Shown: positions 10,447-22,814, counted from the stretch's first letter. The stretch is 64,000 bases of DNA from Gammaproteobacteria bacterium (GCA_965243395.1 CBDEUS010000001.1:192001-256000); one strand, 5' to 3'. The notes: generated from the sequence alone by a model not told the origin. Program-made: numbers and translations.

Positions 10447-10770
10447 ATGCGTTATGTATTACGCAAATCATTATTAATTGGATTGCTTAGCCTGATGGCA
10501 ACGTCTGCAAGTATTGCGGGTGGAAATGTTGAGGCCGGAAAGTATAAAGCGGAAACTTGCTTGGGATGCCATGGGGTGCCTAGTTATACAAACGTTTATC
10601 CTACCTACCGCGTACCTCGCCTTGGCGGGCAACATGCCGAGTATATTGTTGCTGCATTAAAAAGCTATCAAAACGGTGAGCGTAGTCACCCTACGATGCA
10701 AGCTCAAGCCTATGGATTAAGTGAAGAAGATATGGTCGATATCGGTGCATATTTTCAGTCTTTAAAATAA
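10447..10770 (+). CDS. Class I cytochrome c (c553/c4-like)
   Basis: Signal peptide, CLGCH, PRLGGQHAEYI, axial Met; GGAG RBS. Confidence 0.9.
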   Translation: MRYVLRKSLLIGLLSLMATSASIAGGNVEAGKYKAETCLGCHGVPSYTNVYPTYRVPRLGGQHAEYIVAALKSYQNGERSHPTMQAQAYGLSEEDMVDIGAYFQSLK

Positions 10771-10802
10771 ATATTAAGCCTACTAATTTAAATTTATTCA
10801 TT

Positions 10803-11180
10803 ATGAAAAACTTAATTATTAATACGATTCTTCTTCTACTAGTTGTATCTTTAATACCTAGTTTTGCATTCGGAGAAACTGCACATGGTGAATCTAATAC
10901 CGTGGCTAGGAGTGGTGAAGAAGTAGCAAAGCAGTGTGTGTCTTGTCATGCAGAAGATGGTAATAGTATTGCACCAAATTTTCCGCGCTTAGCTGGGCAG
11001 CATGCTGACTACATGTTTCATTCTTTAAAATCGTATAAAAATGGCGATCGCAAAAACGCTATTATGGCTGGTATTGTTGCCGCACTAAGTGAAAAAGAAA
11101 TGAAAAATGTTTCTGAATATTATGCAAATATGGATGGCGGTCTTTCGGTAATCAATATCGATGACGAATCAAGTTTCTAA
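10803..11180 (+). CDS. Class I cytochrome c (c553/c4-like)
   Basis: Signal peptide, CVSCH, PRLAGQHADY, NAIM. Confidence 0.9.
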   Translation: MKNLIINTILLLLVVSLIPSFAFGETAHGESNTVARSGEEVAKQCVSCHAEDGNSIAPNFPRLAGQHADYMFHSLKSYKNGDRKNAIMAGIVAALSEKEMKNVSEYYANMDGGLSVINIDDESSF

Positions 11181-11196
11181 AGAAACCAGATAAAAA

Positions 11197-11439
11197 TTAC
11201 TTTTCCTGTTGTTCCCATTCTTCAGGAGTAAATGCCTTAATACTTAGTGCATGTAATTCTCCGCTGGCAATTTGTGTTTTTACCGTGGCATATACCATTT
11301 GATGTTCCTTCACCATACTTAGCTTATCGAAGCTATCGCTAATAACAATTGCCTCATATTTGCCTTCGCCGCCGCTTACCATAGCCTTAGAGTTGGGTAA
11401 GCCAGCTTCAATTAGTTTTTCTATTTCGTCTGTAGTCAT
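11197..11439 (-). CDS. BolA/IbaG family protein
   Basis: IVISDSF...HQMVY...LHALSIKAFTPEEW. Confidence 0.9.
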   Translation of the reverse strand: MTTDEIEKLIEAGLPNSKAMVSGGEGKYEAIVISDSFDKLSMVKEHQMVYATVKTQIASGELHALSIKAFTPEEWEQQEK

Positions 11440-11499
11440 AATGATGATTATCTACTAGGTACTAAATCACGCTATATCGCTTAGGCCATATAAGACTGA

Positions 11500-12609
11500 T
11501 TAAGTAATGTCATTCGCTTCAATAAGAGCGACTAATTCATCTCCAATAAGATCTTTTTTCCAGCTGGATAGAATATCAAGCTCACGTTTACCACGAATGA
11601 GTTTTTCAACCACACTTCGAGTAGCAAGTAGACTGGGTGAAATATTCAATTCCTCGGCGCGTTCGCGTACAAAACTCTGAGCTACTTTAACCAGTTTACG
11701 CTGAGCACTATTTAGAGGCCCAATAGTGCTTACTGCGGGCCAATCATGTTCTGGAATCTTTAGTGCGGCTTTGATTTCTAAAATTAATGATTCAGCATAG
11801 ATGAAATGTTCTTCTGAAATATTTTCTAAAGCTGTAAATGAACTAATATCCGTTGGTTGTTCTATAGCTAATATACGTAAAACTTTATCACTAAGAACCC
11901 ATCGGCGGGGTTTGTTCTCAGTCATAGCTTGTTCTTCACGCCATTTAGCGAGTTGTTTTAAGATATTTAATTGATTAGAAGTTAGTTTTCCTGCGCCTTT
12001 AATTGTTTTCCAGACTTTATCGGTATTTATTTTATATTTTCCAATTGAAGCTAAATTATTACATTCAAAATCTGCCCAATGGCTGCGACCATTTTCGCCC
12101 AATTCAGTTTTTAAAAACTGATAAATTTCGGCTAAATATTTAACGTCATCAATAGCATATTTGAGCTCTTTATTTGATAACGGTCTGCGTTCCCAGTTTG
12201 TTCGCGAAAGAGATTTATCAAGTTCAATACTGCATATTTCATTCACTAATTGCGCATAGCTTACTTGTTCTCCATAACCCAATAAGCTGGCAGCAATTTG
12301 AGTATCAAACATTGGAGTAGGTACTACATCAAATAAGTTAACAAATATCTCGAGGTCTTGACTAGCAGAATGAAAAATTTTAGTAATAGAGGTTTGATAT
12401 AGTAATTTTTTCAATGATGATAAATCATTAATTGCAAGGGTATCTATGCATACTAGATCATGTTCTGACGCAATTTGTATTAAACATAAGTTTGGATAGA
12501 ACGTCTTTTCACGTATAAACTCTGTATCCAGTGCAAGCCAATCTGCATTAGAGGATGCTGAACAGAACTTATCTAAATCTTTAGAAGATGTGATTAATTT
12601 AAATTCCAT
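11500..12609 (-). CDS. rnd: Ribonuclease D
   Basis: ALDTEF, FHSASQDLE, FDTQIAA, YAIDDV, HRDC domain. Confidence 0.93.
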   Translation of the reverse strand: MEFKLITSSKDLDKFCSASSNADWLALDTEFIREKTFYPNLCLIQIASEHDLVCIDTLAINDLSSLKKLLYQTSITKIFHSASQDLEIFVNLFDVVPTPMFDTQIAASLLGYGEQVSYAQLVNEICSIELDKSLSRTNWERRPLSNKELKYAIDDVKYLAEIYQFLKTELGENGRSHWADFECNNLASIGKYKINTDKVWKTIKGAGKLTSNQLNILKQLAKWREEQAMTENKPRRWVLSDKVLRILAIEQPTDISSFTALENISEEHFIYAESLILEIKAALKIPEHDWPAVSTIGPLNSAQRKLVKVAQSFVRERAEELNISPSLLATRSVVEKLIRGKRELDILSSWKKDLIGDELVALIEANDIT

Positions 12610-13588
12610 AATTATAAGTTGCGTGAATTCCCTACGAGTTCACAAGGCTATCTATTATTTGATTTTGTATTTTGCTCTTCCACAAAATAGTGTAACAGCT
12701 GAGGAATCAAGAAAGGAATGGCTAGCGCCCTATTTGCAGGAGCATTCGTTGGTTGGCAAAGTTTGGGATACTCATAAAAAGGACTGGATCAGTGAGAAAA
12801 AATTCTATAAAGAGCTGGCTTATTATGATTATATTCTTTTAGGTGAAGTACATAACCATCCAGATCACCATGTTTTGCAGGCAAAGCTATTAGATGTTTT
12901 GGCAAGCTCAGGTATAAAACCCAGTGTAGTGATGGAAATGTTGACCATTGAAAGTTGGCAGGATCAACCATCCACCTGGGGAAAAACCGAAGAACTACAA
13001 GAACTCGCAAGCATGATAAATGATGGCTGGCCATGGGAATTGTATAAACCTGTATTAAGTTCGATTGTCCGACACAAGCTTCACTTATATGCAGGAAATA
13101 TTAGTAGTGATGAATTGCGAAAACGTTCGTACGAAAATTCATTTTTTGATTACCCTTATGCTGAAAAGAATTATTCTTATACAAAAGAAAACTTTGAGAC
13201 ATTAAAAAAAGATATTATTGACTCTCATTGTGGGTATGCGAATGAAGGGTTGGTAAAATTCATGTCACGTGCGCAAATGCAACGTGATCACATCATGGTG
13301 AGTGCACTGCTGGATAAGAATCGACCTGTTGTTTTAATTGCAGGTAAGGGGCATGTAAGAAATGATTATGCAGTTCCTATGCAGCTTAGAAGAAATTTTA
13401 GGCAAACATCTTATTTATCCGTTGCATACATTCCTGTTCAGGAGGACAAGCATGATCCACAAGAATATTCGCAGGGCAATGAAGATTTATATGACATTCT
13501 ATATTTCACCCCTAGTCATACTACAGAAGATCCATGTGTGAAATTTCGTAAACAGTTGCAAAACATGCGTCAACGTCAAGATCTGTGA
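12590..13588 (+). CDS. ChaN-like (haem/iron uptake) protein; start uncertain
   Basis: ILLGEVHNHPDHH, VVMEM, AQMQRD, LIAGKGH. Confidence 0.75.
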   Translation: MINLNSIIISCVNSLRVHKAIYYLILYFALPQNSVTAEESRKEWLAPYLQEHSLVGKVWDTHKKDWISEKKFYKELAYYDYILLGEVHNHPDHHVLQAKLLDVLASSGIKPSVVMEMLTIESWQDQPSTWGKTEELQELASMINDGWPWELYKPVLSSIVRHKLHLYAGNISSDELRKRSYENSFFDYPYAEKNYSYTKENFETLKKDIIDSHCGYANEGLVKFMSRAQMQRDHIMVSALLDKNRPVVLIAGKGHVRNDYAVPMQLRRNFRQTSYLSVAYIPVQEDKHDPQEYSQGNEDLYDILYFTPSHTTEDPCVKFRKQLQNMRQRQDL

Positions 13589-13690
13589 GCGTTATTGACC
13601 AATAATTTAATGCACTTGCTTGCAGTAGATGGGTTATGTGCGACAATATCGTATAGAAATATGCTCACCTTACATTTAATAGGATATTAA

Positions 13691-15109
13691 ATGCTCATAG
13701 GGCCCGATGCTAATTTAAAAGCAAGAATAAAAAGTCTTCGCAATCATATTACAAATGAAAATCCTCTACTGGTGGATGTGGTGGACCATTTTTGTGAATT
13801 GGACAAGATTGCTTATAAACTTGGCGTTCTTACAAATAAAGAGTCTTACACTACCGACATATCATGGTGGCCGCTAATTTCTGTGTTAGGGACATTTTCA
13901 GCGGGCAAGTCGACCTTTATCAATCACTATGTGCAAACCGATTTGCAAAAAACGGGTAACCAGGCGGTCGATGATAAATTTACAGTTATATGTTTTAGCA
14001 GTGATGACAAAATAAGAGTCTTGCCCGGATTAGCGTTAGATGCAGATCCTCGTTTTCCGTTTTATCAAATCAGTGAAGAAATTGAAAAAGTATCAACGGG
14101 TGAAGGTTCTCGTATCGATACTTATTTGCAGTTAAAAACCTGTCCATCTGATTTAATTAAAGGAAAAATTTTTATTGATTCTCCAGGTTTTGATGCAGAT
14201 GCACAACGAACTTCAACATTACGAATTACAGATCACATCATAAACCTCTCTGATTTGGTTTTAGTATTGTTTGATGCACGTCATCCAGAACCAGGTGCTA
14301 TGCGCGATACGTTAGAACATCTTGTTGCAGGTACAGTGCGTCGTAATGACTCTAATAAAGTGCTATTTATTCTCAATCAAATTGATACTACTGCTGCAGA
14401 AGACAATGCAGAAGAAGTTGTAGCAGCATGGCAACGTGCGCTCGCTTCTGGGGGATTGGTAAGTGGACGTTTTTACTCAACCTATAATGAAGAAGCGGCC
14501 GTAAAGATAGAAGACAAAGCATTGCAAGAACGTTATCGACGTAAACGCGACAATGACCTGGGTGAAATTTATCAACGTATTTCTGAAGTTAGTGTGGAAC
14601 GTGTTTATCGAATTATTGGCTCACTCGAAAATACTGCAAACCAAATAGAAAATAATCTCGCGCCGCAAATACAAGAAGCGACACGCACATGGGCTAAGCG
14701 AGTCTTGATGATTGATGTGCTAGTTTTGATTCCTATTTTTCTAGCTATGCTTATTTACTTTATTAAACATTTCGGTTCAGGAACGGCTTTTGATAGCTTT
14801 GGAACAACAGGTGTAACGTCAGCCGTAGTTGTTGGGCTGTTGCTGTTATTTTTTATTCATCACTTTATAAGAAATATTGTAAGCAAATGGGTGGCTAAGT
14901 CTTTACCTGAAAGAGAGTTAACCGGAAGCGCAAGAGCAGGTTTTTTACGCAACACAAAATGTTGGCAGCCCTTATGGCGTCCTTTTATTGTCGGTTGGAA
15001 TAAACATACTCGTAAAAAACTTGTTCAAATAAGAGAAGCGGCTGATCGTTTTGTTCAAACACTGAATGATGAATATACCAACCCATCTGGCGAACACAGG
15101 GATATGTGA
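13691..15109 (+). CDS. Dynamin/EHD-like P-loop NTPase with C-terminal membrane helices
   Basis: GTFSAGKST (G1), DSPG (G3), NQID (G4); two hydrophobic helices near the C-terminus. Confidence 0.8.
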   Translation: MLIGPDANLKARIKSLRNHITNENPLLVDVVDHFCELDKIAYKLGVLTNKESYTTDISWWPLISVLGTFSAGKSTFINHYVQTDLQKTGNQAVDDKFTVICFSSDDKIRVLPGLALDADPRFPFYQISEEIEKVSTGEGSRIDTYLQLKTCPSDLIKGKIFIDSPGFDADAQRTSTLRITDHIINLSDLVLVLFDARHPEPGAMRDTLEHLVAGTVRRNDSNKVLFILNQIDTTAAEDNAEEVVAAWQRALASGGLVSGRFYSTYNEEAAVKIEDKALQERYRRKRDNDLGEIYQRISEVSVERVYRIIGSLENTANQIENNLAPQIQEATRTWAKRVLMIDVLVLIPIFLAMLIYFIKHFGSGTAFDSFGTTGVTSAVVVGLLLLFFIHHFIRNIVSKWVAKSLPERELTGSARAGFLRNTKCWQPLWRPFIVGWNKHTRKKLVQIREAADRFVQTLNDEYTNPSGEHRDM

Positions 15110-15167
15110 GTGCGGGGCGAATCGAGATGATTCTTTGTTATCAATAACGTATAGATTCGAACAATTT

Positions 15168-15650
15168 TTAGAACATTAAGACCTTTTTACTTACTGCCCG
15201 CATCACTAAATAAATCCAGGGCCAAACAATAACGCTGGTAACGACAGGTGCCCAGTAGACCCAAGTTTTAGGGTCTTCACCTAATATTCCTAATATCCAT
15301 AGCGATAAACTCATGTAAGGCAATAAGATCATGCCGATAAACATTGCTTGTTGATGCAATGGATAGACTCGTACGCGTTGATGAAATCGAATGGCTATGT
15401 ATGCTGTGATCGCAAACCCTAAGGCGTGCTGGCCAAGTAGTGCACCTTGAATCACATCTACGCACAATCCTAATATCCAAGCGATGCCCACGCCGACTTT
15501 TTTAGGAATAGTGATATTCCAATAGATGAGAGCTAAAGCAATCCATTCGGGTCTGTAAGGGCGAGCCCAGTCAGGTAAAGGAATGAGCATGAGTATCATC
15601 GCGACAATGAAGGTTGTAATAATAATTAAAAATATTGGTCGGCTATTCAT
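15168..15650 (-). CDS. mreD: Rod shape-determining protein MreD
   Basis: RPEW...YW, LLGQHAL; follows mreC. Confidence 0.92.
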   Translation of the reverse strand: MNSRPIFLIIITTFIVAMILMLIPLPDWARPYRPEWIALALIYWNITIPKKVGVGIAWILGLCVDVIQGALLGQHALGFAITAYIAIRFHQRVRVYPLHQQAMFIGMILLPYMSLSLWILGILGEDPKTWVYWAPVVTSVIVWPWIYLVMRAVSKKVLMF

Positions 15651-16534
15651 GGATTAATCATTGCGGATTTTTTGTCTACCAAATCACTTTCAGCATTTGA
15701 TTCTGATTTCTGTTCGCCGGGCCAGATGAGTAGTACTTCGCGAATGGTATTAAGTTCTACCAAAGGTTTGGCTTCAACTTTTACAAATGCTTCACCTGAG
15801 ACTTGTTGAATACTGGTGATTTCTGCAATGGGGTAATCGCTTGGATAGCGCCCATCAAGGCCTGATGTAATGACCAAGTCGCCAATTTGTATGTCTGCTG
15901 TGTTGGTTAAATGCAGTAATTCAAGTTTTTGTATATTTCCCGTACCAACCACTAAACTTCTTTGTCTGCTACGCGCTACTTCACCAAGCAAAGCATGATT
16001 TGGGTCTGTCATTAAGATAGCAACTGAGCTAAATGGCCCAGCTTTATCGATTTGACCGATAATACCTTTTGCACCTAGTAATGGTTGTCCTTCGTATACG
16101 CCTTCACGTGTGCCTTTATTGACAACAATTCGTTGTCGATAAGGATCTAAATCGACAGAAAGCAGCTCTCCAATTAATACATGTTCTTTTTTGAAGTACT
16201 TTGCAGAAGAAAGCATTTCGCGCAGGCGATTGTTTTCTTCTTCTAGAGTGGCAAGTTTTTGTAGTCGTAATTCCAAACGAATTTGTTCGGCACGTAATGC
16301 AGCATTATCCCGTAACAATTTATTACGCGACGAGAATGATTCTGTGCTCCAGTTATATACTTTAGCAGGAAGGCTAGCTAAATATTCAATGGGGTACATT
16401 GCCACACTGATGGATTGGCGAACTTTGCGTAAATGATTAAAGTGGTGATCAACCGTCATCATTGCTATCGACAGAATGATGAGCAGGAATAATTTAGCAG
16501 CAACTGATGGACCAAGACTGAAGAGCGGTTTTAT
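15647..16534 (-). CDS. mreC: Rod shape-determining protein MreC (probable ATA start at 16534)
   Basis: ENNRLREML, VNKG, GDLVITSGLDGRYP; in-frame N-terminus IKPLFSLGPS preceded by GAGGAG. Confidence 0.9.
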   Translation of the reverse strand: MKPLFSLGPSVAAKLFLLIILSIAMMTVDHHFNHLRKVRQSISVAMYPIEYLASLPAKVYNWSTESFSSRNKLLRDNAALRAEQIRLELRLQKLATLEEENNRLREMLSSAKYFKKEHVLIGELLSVDLDPYRQRIVVNKGTREGVYEGQPLLGAKGIIGQIDKAGPFSSVAILMTDPNHALLGEVARSRQRSLVVGTGNIQKLELLHLTNTADIQIGDLVITSGLDGRYPSDYPIAEITSIQQVSGEAFVKVEAKPLVELNTIREVLLIWPGEQKSESNAESDLVDKKSAMINP

Positions 16535-16629
16535 AGTGAAATCTCCTCAATAATTAAACAGGTCTTTAATAAAAGCGTAGTAATGATAACGAATTACTCG
16601 TTATCCGTCAGCGTAGTGGGATTTATAGC

Positions 16630-17694
<1,065 letters not shown>

Positions 17695-17806
17695 TTAATT
17701 ATACGAGAGTTAGCGTACTCTATCAGTGGCTAAAATTTTGGGCAAGCCATTAAATGTGCCGCATAAGTGTGGTAGTTTGCCGTTCGTTCATTTATATATA
17801 AGTACT

Positions 17807-18094
17807 ATGTCGATCACACCTGAAGAAGTTCTAAAAATTGCCAACCTGGCGCGTCTGGAAATACAGCCAGATGAAGTTGAGCAATATGCAAAAGATTTAT
17901 CCAATATCATTAATTTGGTTGAGCAAATGAATACGGTGGATACTAAAGATATACAACCGATGGCACACCCTTTGGATGCAACACAGCGATTGCGTGAAGA
18001 TAAAATCAAAGAAGAAAATCAGCGTGAAAAATTTCAAACTATTGCTCCTTCGGCAGACAAAGGTCTTTATTTGGTTCCAAAAGTAATTGAGTAA
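17807..18094 (+). CDS. gatC: Asp/Glu-tRNA amidotransferase subunit C
   Basis: IANLARL...LREDK...YLVPKVIE; ATG at 17807. Confidence 0.93.
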   Translation: MSITPEEVLKIANLARLEIQPDEVEQYAKDLSNIINLVEQMNTVDTKDIQPMAHPLDATQRLREDKIKEENQREKFQTIAPSADKGLYLVPKVIE

Positions 18095-18113
18095 ACTCTG
18101 ATTTTATTTTCAC

Positions 18114-19568
18114 ATGCACGATCTTTCTGTTTCACAGCTTGTTGAAGGCTTACGCAATGGCGATTTCTCCAGTGTCGAGTTAACTCAACACTATGTACAG
18201 CGCATGCAAAAGTTTAGTGATTTAAATGCGTTTATTACTGAACTCGGAGAGCGTGCTGTTTTACAAGCAGAGCATGCCGATAAATTAATTAAAGAAAAAA
18301 AACAGGGTCCATTAACAGGGATACCGATTGCCACAAAAGATATTTTTTGTATGTATGGAGTTAAGACTTCTTGCGGATCAAAAATGTTAGATAGTTTTAT
18401 TGCACCTTATGATGCAACAGTGACACATAAAATTGACCAAGCAGGTTGTGTCACATTGGGTAGAACCAATATGGATGAGTTTGCCATGGGTTCTTCTAAT
18501 GAAAGTAGTTATTACGGACCGGTTAAAAATCCATGGAATACAGAATGTGTACCGGGAGGTTCATCGGGTGGTTCGGCTGCTGCAGTTGCTGCACGCATTA
18601 CTCCGCTAGCAACCGGCACTGATACCGGTGGCTCCATTCGGCAACCGGCCGCACTTTGCGGTATTACCGGCTTGAAACCAACGTATGGAAGAGTATCACG
18701 CTACGGCATGATTGCTTATGCTTCAAGTCTTGATCAGGGTGGACCATTTGGTACATCTGCTGAAGATTGCGCGTATTTATTACAAGCGATAGCAGGGTTT
18801 GATGAAAAAGACTCTACCAGCTTGGATAAAGAAGTTCCGGATTATTCTCAATCTTTGAATGATTCGATAAAAGGTAAAGTAATTGGTATTCCGGAAGAAT
18901 ATTTTAGTGAAGGCTTAGGAGCTGGCGTCAAAGAAATTATAGAGTCCGCCATTACTTGGTATGAACAACAAGGTTGTGAAATAAAAAATATCAGTTTACC
19001 AAATACAAGTTTAGCGATACCTGCATACTATGTAATAGCACCTGCAGAATGTTCATCTAATTTATCTCGTTATGATGGTGTGCGCTTTGGTTATCGATGT
19101 GAAGATCCAAAAGATTTGCGTGATCTGTATGATCGAAGCCGTAGTGAAGCGTTTGGAGATGAGGTAAAACGCAGAATTATGATAGGCACTTATGCTTTGT
19201 CAGCGGGGTATTATGATGCATATTATTTAAAAGCTCAGCAAATACGCAGATTAATCAGTGAAGACTTCAAAAAAGCATTTGAACAAGTCGATGTTATTTT
19301 AGGTCCTACAACACCTGAGCCAGCTTTTAAAATCGGCGAAAAAACCAATGATCCTGTCACAATGTATCTGTCCGACATCTATACCATTTCCATTAACCTT
19401 GCGGGTTTGCCTGCGATTTCTCTACCATGTGGCCAACAAGATGGGTTACCAGTTGGCATGCAACTGATAGGGAATTATTTTGAAGAAGGAAAGTTATTGA
19501 ACTTTGCGCATCAATATCAGCAAGATAGTGACTGGCATCAACAAATTCCACCCGGCTTTAGTGAATAG
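18114..19568 (+). CDS. gatA: Asp/Glu-tRNA amidotransferase subunit A
   Basis: [30 protein letters not shown] amidase signature. Confidence 0.97.
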   Translation: MHDLSVSQLVEGLRNGDFSSVELTQHYVQRMQKFSDLNAFITELGERAVLQAEHADKLIKEKKQGPLTGIPIATKDIFCMYGVKTSCGSKMLDSFIAPYDATVTHKIDQAGCVTLGRTNMDEFAMGSSNESSYYGPVKNPWNTECVPGGSSGGSAAAVAARITPLATGTDTGGSIRQPAALCGITGLKPTYGRVSRYGMIAYASSLDQGGPFGTSAEDCAYLLQAIAGFDEKDSTSLDKEVPDYSQSLNDSIKGKVIGIPEEYFSEGLGAGVKEIIESAITWYEQQGCEIKNISLPNTSLAIPAYYVIAPAECSSNLSRYDGVRFGYRCEDPKDLRDLYDRSRSEAFGDEVKRRIMIGTYALSAGYYDAYYLKAQQIRRLISEDFKKAFEQVDVILGPTTPEPAFKIGEKTNDPVTMYLSDIYTISINLAGLPAISLPCGQQDGLPVGMQLIGNYFEEGKLLNFAHQYQQDSDWHQQIPPGFSE

Positions 19569-19583
19569 GGGTTTTGAATAACG

Positions 19584-21017
19584 ATGCAATGGGAAACAGT
19601 CATTGGTTTGGAAATACATGTGCAGCTTGCGACACAAAGTAAGATATTTTCGGGTGCTTCAACAGCCTATGGCGCAGAACCAAATACACAAGCTTGTGCG
19701 GTAGACTTAGGATTGCCGGGTGTATTACCTGTGTTGAATAAAGAGGCTGTGAAAATGGCAGCAATGTTTGGATTTGCAGTAGATGCAACCGTTGCTGAGC
19801 GTTCAGTCTTTGCTCGAAAAAATTATTTTTATCCAGACTCCCCAAAAGGCTATCAAATTAGTCAATTTGAATTACCCATTGTTGAACATGGCAAGCTGGA
19901 AATCGTATTAAGCGATGGAGAGCGTAAATCCATCGGCATTACTCGTGCACATTTGGAAGAAGATGCGGGTAAATCTTTGCATGAAGAGTTTCCTGACTCT
20001 ACTGGTATTGATTTAAATCGCTGCGGTACCCCATTGATTGAAATTGTCTCGGAACCCGATATGCGATCCGCCGAAGAAGCTGTTGCTTATATGAAAAAAA
20101 TTCATTCTATTGTTCGCTATTTAGGAATATCGGATGGCAATATGCAAGAGGGATCATTTCGTTGTGATGCAAATGTATCGATGCGTCCAAAAGGACAAAA
20201 AGAGTTTGGCACACGAACGGAAACGAAAAATCTAAATTCATTTCGGTTTGTTGAGCGTGCTATCAATCATGAAATTGAGCGCCAGATTGAAGTGTTAGAG
20301 GACGGTGGAGAAGTTGTGCAAGAAACACGACTATATGATGCGAATAAAGATGAAACACGATCCATGCGTAGTAAAGAAGAAGCAAATGATTATCGCTATT
20401 TTCCTGATCCTGACCTGTTGCCGGTAATTATTAATAGTGAAGAACTTGAGGTCATCAAGAAAGAACTTCCAGAACTTCCTGCAGCAAAAACTGCCCGTTT
20501 TAAACAAGATTATGGGCTCAATGATTACGATGCAGAAAATTTGGTTATGGATAAAGACACTGCGGAGTTTTTTGAGAATGTACTCAAAACAGGAAAAACT
20601 AAAGCAAAGTCTGCAGCGAACTGGATATTGGGCGAACTCAGTGCTGCTCTCAATCAACATGATATTGAGATAATGAATAGTCCTGTTTCAGCTAAAATGA
20701 TGTCTGAGTTATTAAGCCGGATTGAAGATAATACAATCTCAAATAAAATTGCCAAAGAAGTGTTTCAAGCCATGTGGGCGGGTGAAGGTAGCGCAGATGA
20801 AATTATCGAAGCTAAAGGCTTAAAGCAAATAACGGATAGTAGTGCTATTGAGGCGCTAGTTGAGCAGGTGATTGCAGATAACCCGGGGCAGGTTGAGCAA
20901 TATAAATCGGGTAAAGATAAAGTATTTGGTTTCTTTGTAGGACAAGTCATGAAGCTATCTAAAGGAAAAGCCAATCCGCAGCAAGTAAATGAACTGTTAA
21001 AAGCAAAATTGAAGTAG
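19584..21017 (+). CDS. gatB: Asp/Glu-tRNA amidotransferase subunit B
   Basis: [32 protein letters not shown]. Confidence 0.97.
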   Translation: MQWETVIGLEIHVQLATQSKIFSGASTAYGAEPNTQACAVDLGLPGVLPVLNKEAVKMAAMFGFAVDATVAERSVFARKNYFYPDSPKGYQISQFELPIVEHGKLEIVLSDGERKSIGITRAHLEEDAGKSLHEEFPDSTGIDLNRCGTPLIEIVSEPDMRSAEEAVAYMKKIHSIVRYLGISDGNMQEGSFRCDANVSMRPKGQKEFGTRTETKNLNSFRFVERAINHEIERQIEVLEDGGEVVQETRLYDANKDETRSMRSKEEANDYRYFPDPDLLPVIINSEELEVIKKELPELPAAKTARFKQDYGLNDYDAENLVMDKDTAEFFENVLKTGKTKAKSAANWILGELSAALNQHDIEIMNSPVSAKMMSELLSRIEDNTISNKIAKEVFQAMWAGEGSADEIIEAKGLKQITDSSAIEALVEQVIADNPGQVEQYKSGKDKVFGFFVGQVMKLSKGKANPQQVNELLKAKLK

Positions 21018-21075
21018 TCGTTAGCTATCCTGTTGTGAATTATAATTATCGTAAGGGGGTTTTTGAGACTAAAAA

Positions 21076-21504
21076 ATGAAAGCTTGTCGCCTTATATATA
21101 GAAGTATAGCTGCACCAGAAATATTAAATGATGATTCGCTAGCAGCACTTGCGAATCGAGCCTCAAACAACAATAGAAGGTTTAATGTTTGTGGGATTTT
21201 GGTTTTGTCTAATGGGCGGTTTCTTCAGGTGATAGAGGGGCAGTCCAAGTTTATTAATCGTTTGTATGCAAACATCATTCAAGATGAGCGGCATCATGAT
21301 GTTGAACTAATAAGTTATGAAGAAGTTCCGAAGGCTGAATTTATTGATTGGAATATGAAATTATTCAGTCTGGATGATATTGACGAGCAAGTGCGTGAAT
21401 TATTAACCAATAAATACCCAGTTGTTGACAATAAAATTCAGTTTATTGATGATGCAGTCTTAATGACTTCGTTGTTGCTGGATATAAAGCATCTGCAAAA
21501 GTAA
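21076..21504 (+). CDS. Stand-alone BLUF-domain (blue-light flavin) protein
   Basis: RLIYRS, NN...VCGIL, FLQVIEG, DERH, WNM motifs. Confidence 0.85.
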   Translation: MKACRLIYRSIAAPEILNDDSLAALANRASNNNRRFNVCGILVLSNGRFLQVIEGQSKFINRLYANIIQDERHHDVELISYEEVPKAEFIDWNMKLFSLDDIDEQVRELLTNKYPVVDNKIQFIDDAVLMTSLLLDIKHLQK

Positions 21505-21556
21505 TTCTGTGTTTTTAGTAATTAACCTCGAATGATATATGAGTCTATAGGGTAAG

Positions 21557-21832
21557 CTAGCGATCAAATAACCGTGATTTAAGATCGTAACAAAAGTTTC
21601 TTGGGAAGCTTACTTTTCCTTCCAGTATATAATTTTTTTCTATTTCAGTACTGATTCTATATACATAGATAATTGCTTTGGGTTGTAAGCGCCCATTTTT
21701 ATAACCTTGCACACGCTCAGTTGAGATTTCAAAGTCCGCGAGTTCATAGCCGTTATCTTCAATACAGCTAATTACAGAATGCAGATAATTTTTTGTAATT
21801 AACGTTCTATCGTGTGTTGCAGTTTCAGTCAT
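21557..21832 (-). CDS. Hypothetical protein
   Basis: ORF fills the gap; no recognisable motif. Confidence 0.45.
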   Translation of the reverse strand: MTETATHDRTLITKNYLHSVISCIEDNGYELADFEISTERVQGYKNGRLQPKAIIYVYRISTEIEKNYILEGKVSFPRNFCYDLKSRLFDR

Positions 21833-21982
21833 TGTTGTTTTTATATATATAAATATAAAAACCAAACACTTGTTAATCACAAATGTTTGGTTTCTAAAAA
21901 AGAATTAAAGCAAAACTTTAAAATTAATTCTTAATATTAGTTAACAGAATTTAATTGAAATTGTAGATAATTGCGCTGGGTA

Positions 21983-22813
21983 TCATAGATTTCCCTGCAT
22001 GCAACGAGGATTACCAGCTAAATCATAATGATTTACGATGCTGTCAAAATTTGCTTTTGCAAATAATTTATAAACTGATTCTGCTTGTTGAAAGCCGTGC
22101 TCAATGAGCAAGGTTCCTGAAGATTTTAAATATTTTGGAGCATTTTCAATAATCTCAGCCAAGTCCTCTAATCCATTTTTTTGGCTTATCACAGCATTTT
22201 TAGGCTCAAACAAGGTCACGTGATTATTCAAATTTGGATCCTGCTCAGCGACATAAGGAGGGTTTGAAACGATTACATCAAATTTTTGACCAGTTAATTT
22301 CGAATACCAGTCACTGTGTACGAAACGAATATCAGCATTGTGTTCTGAGGCGTTTAAACTGGCTATTTCTAATGCTTCAGAAGAAATATCCGTCGCCGTG
22401 ATTTGGCAATCCTTTCGACTATGCGCAAGAGCAATAGCTATAGCACCTGAACCAGTGCCTAATTCTAAAATATGTGGGGATTCAATATTTGCTATTTTAT
22501 TTAATGTAAGTTCAACAAGTAACTCAGTTTCAGGACGAGGGATGAGTACGTGCTGATTGACTGATAAATTTAAAGACCAGAATTCTTTTGTACCCGTAAT
22601 ATAAGCCAGCGGCTCACCCTGTGCCCGCCGTAGTAAAGTGCTATCGAAAGTCTCGCTTTGCGTTTTGGTGAGTTCTTTTTCTGGATGCGCGATTAAGGCT
22701 GTGAGTTCAGTATCACAACAGTGGCAAACGAGAAGCTGTGCGTCTAATTGTGCACTATCGCTGACTGTTAATAGTTTGGCGGTAGCTTGTTCTACCGCTT
22801 GTTGAAACGTCAT
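21983..22813 (-). CDS. prmC: Release factor glutamine methyltransferase
   Basis: GEPLAYI, LIPRPETE, LGTGSGAI, SNPPY; follows prfA. Confidence 0.95.
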   Translation of the reverse strand: MTFQQAVEQATAKLLTVSDSAQLDAQLLVCHCCDTELTALIAHPEKELTKTQSETFDSTLLRRAQGEPLAYITGTKEFWSLNLSVNQHVLIPRPETELLVELTLNKIANIESPHILELGTGSGAIAIALAHSRKDCQITATDISSEALEIASLNASEHNADIRFVHSDWYSKLTGQKFDVIVSNPPYVAEQDPNLNNHVTLFEPKNAVISQKNGLEDLAEIIENAPKYLKSSGTLLIEHGFQQAESVYKLFAKANFDSIVNHYDLAGNPRCMQGNL

Positions 22814-22814
22814 T

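Noticed and set aside
17726-17806. Extended N-termini of gatC (also prmC, slt, cytochrome c 10354, HNH 54700, Rhs 45692) from the ORF track
   Set aside because: Downstream starts fit family N-termini, RBS positions or avoid overlaps better.
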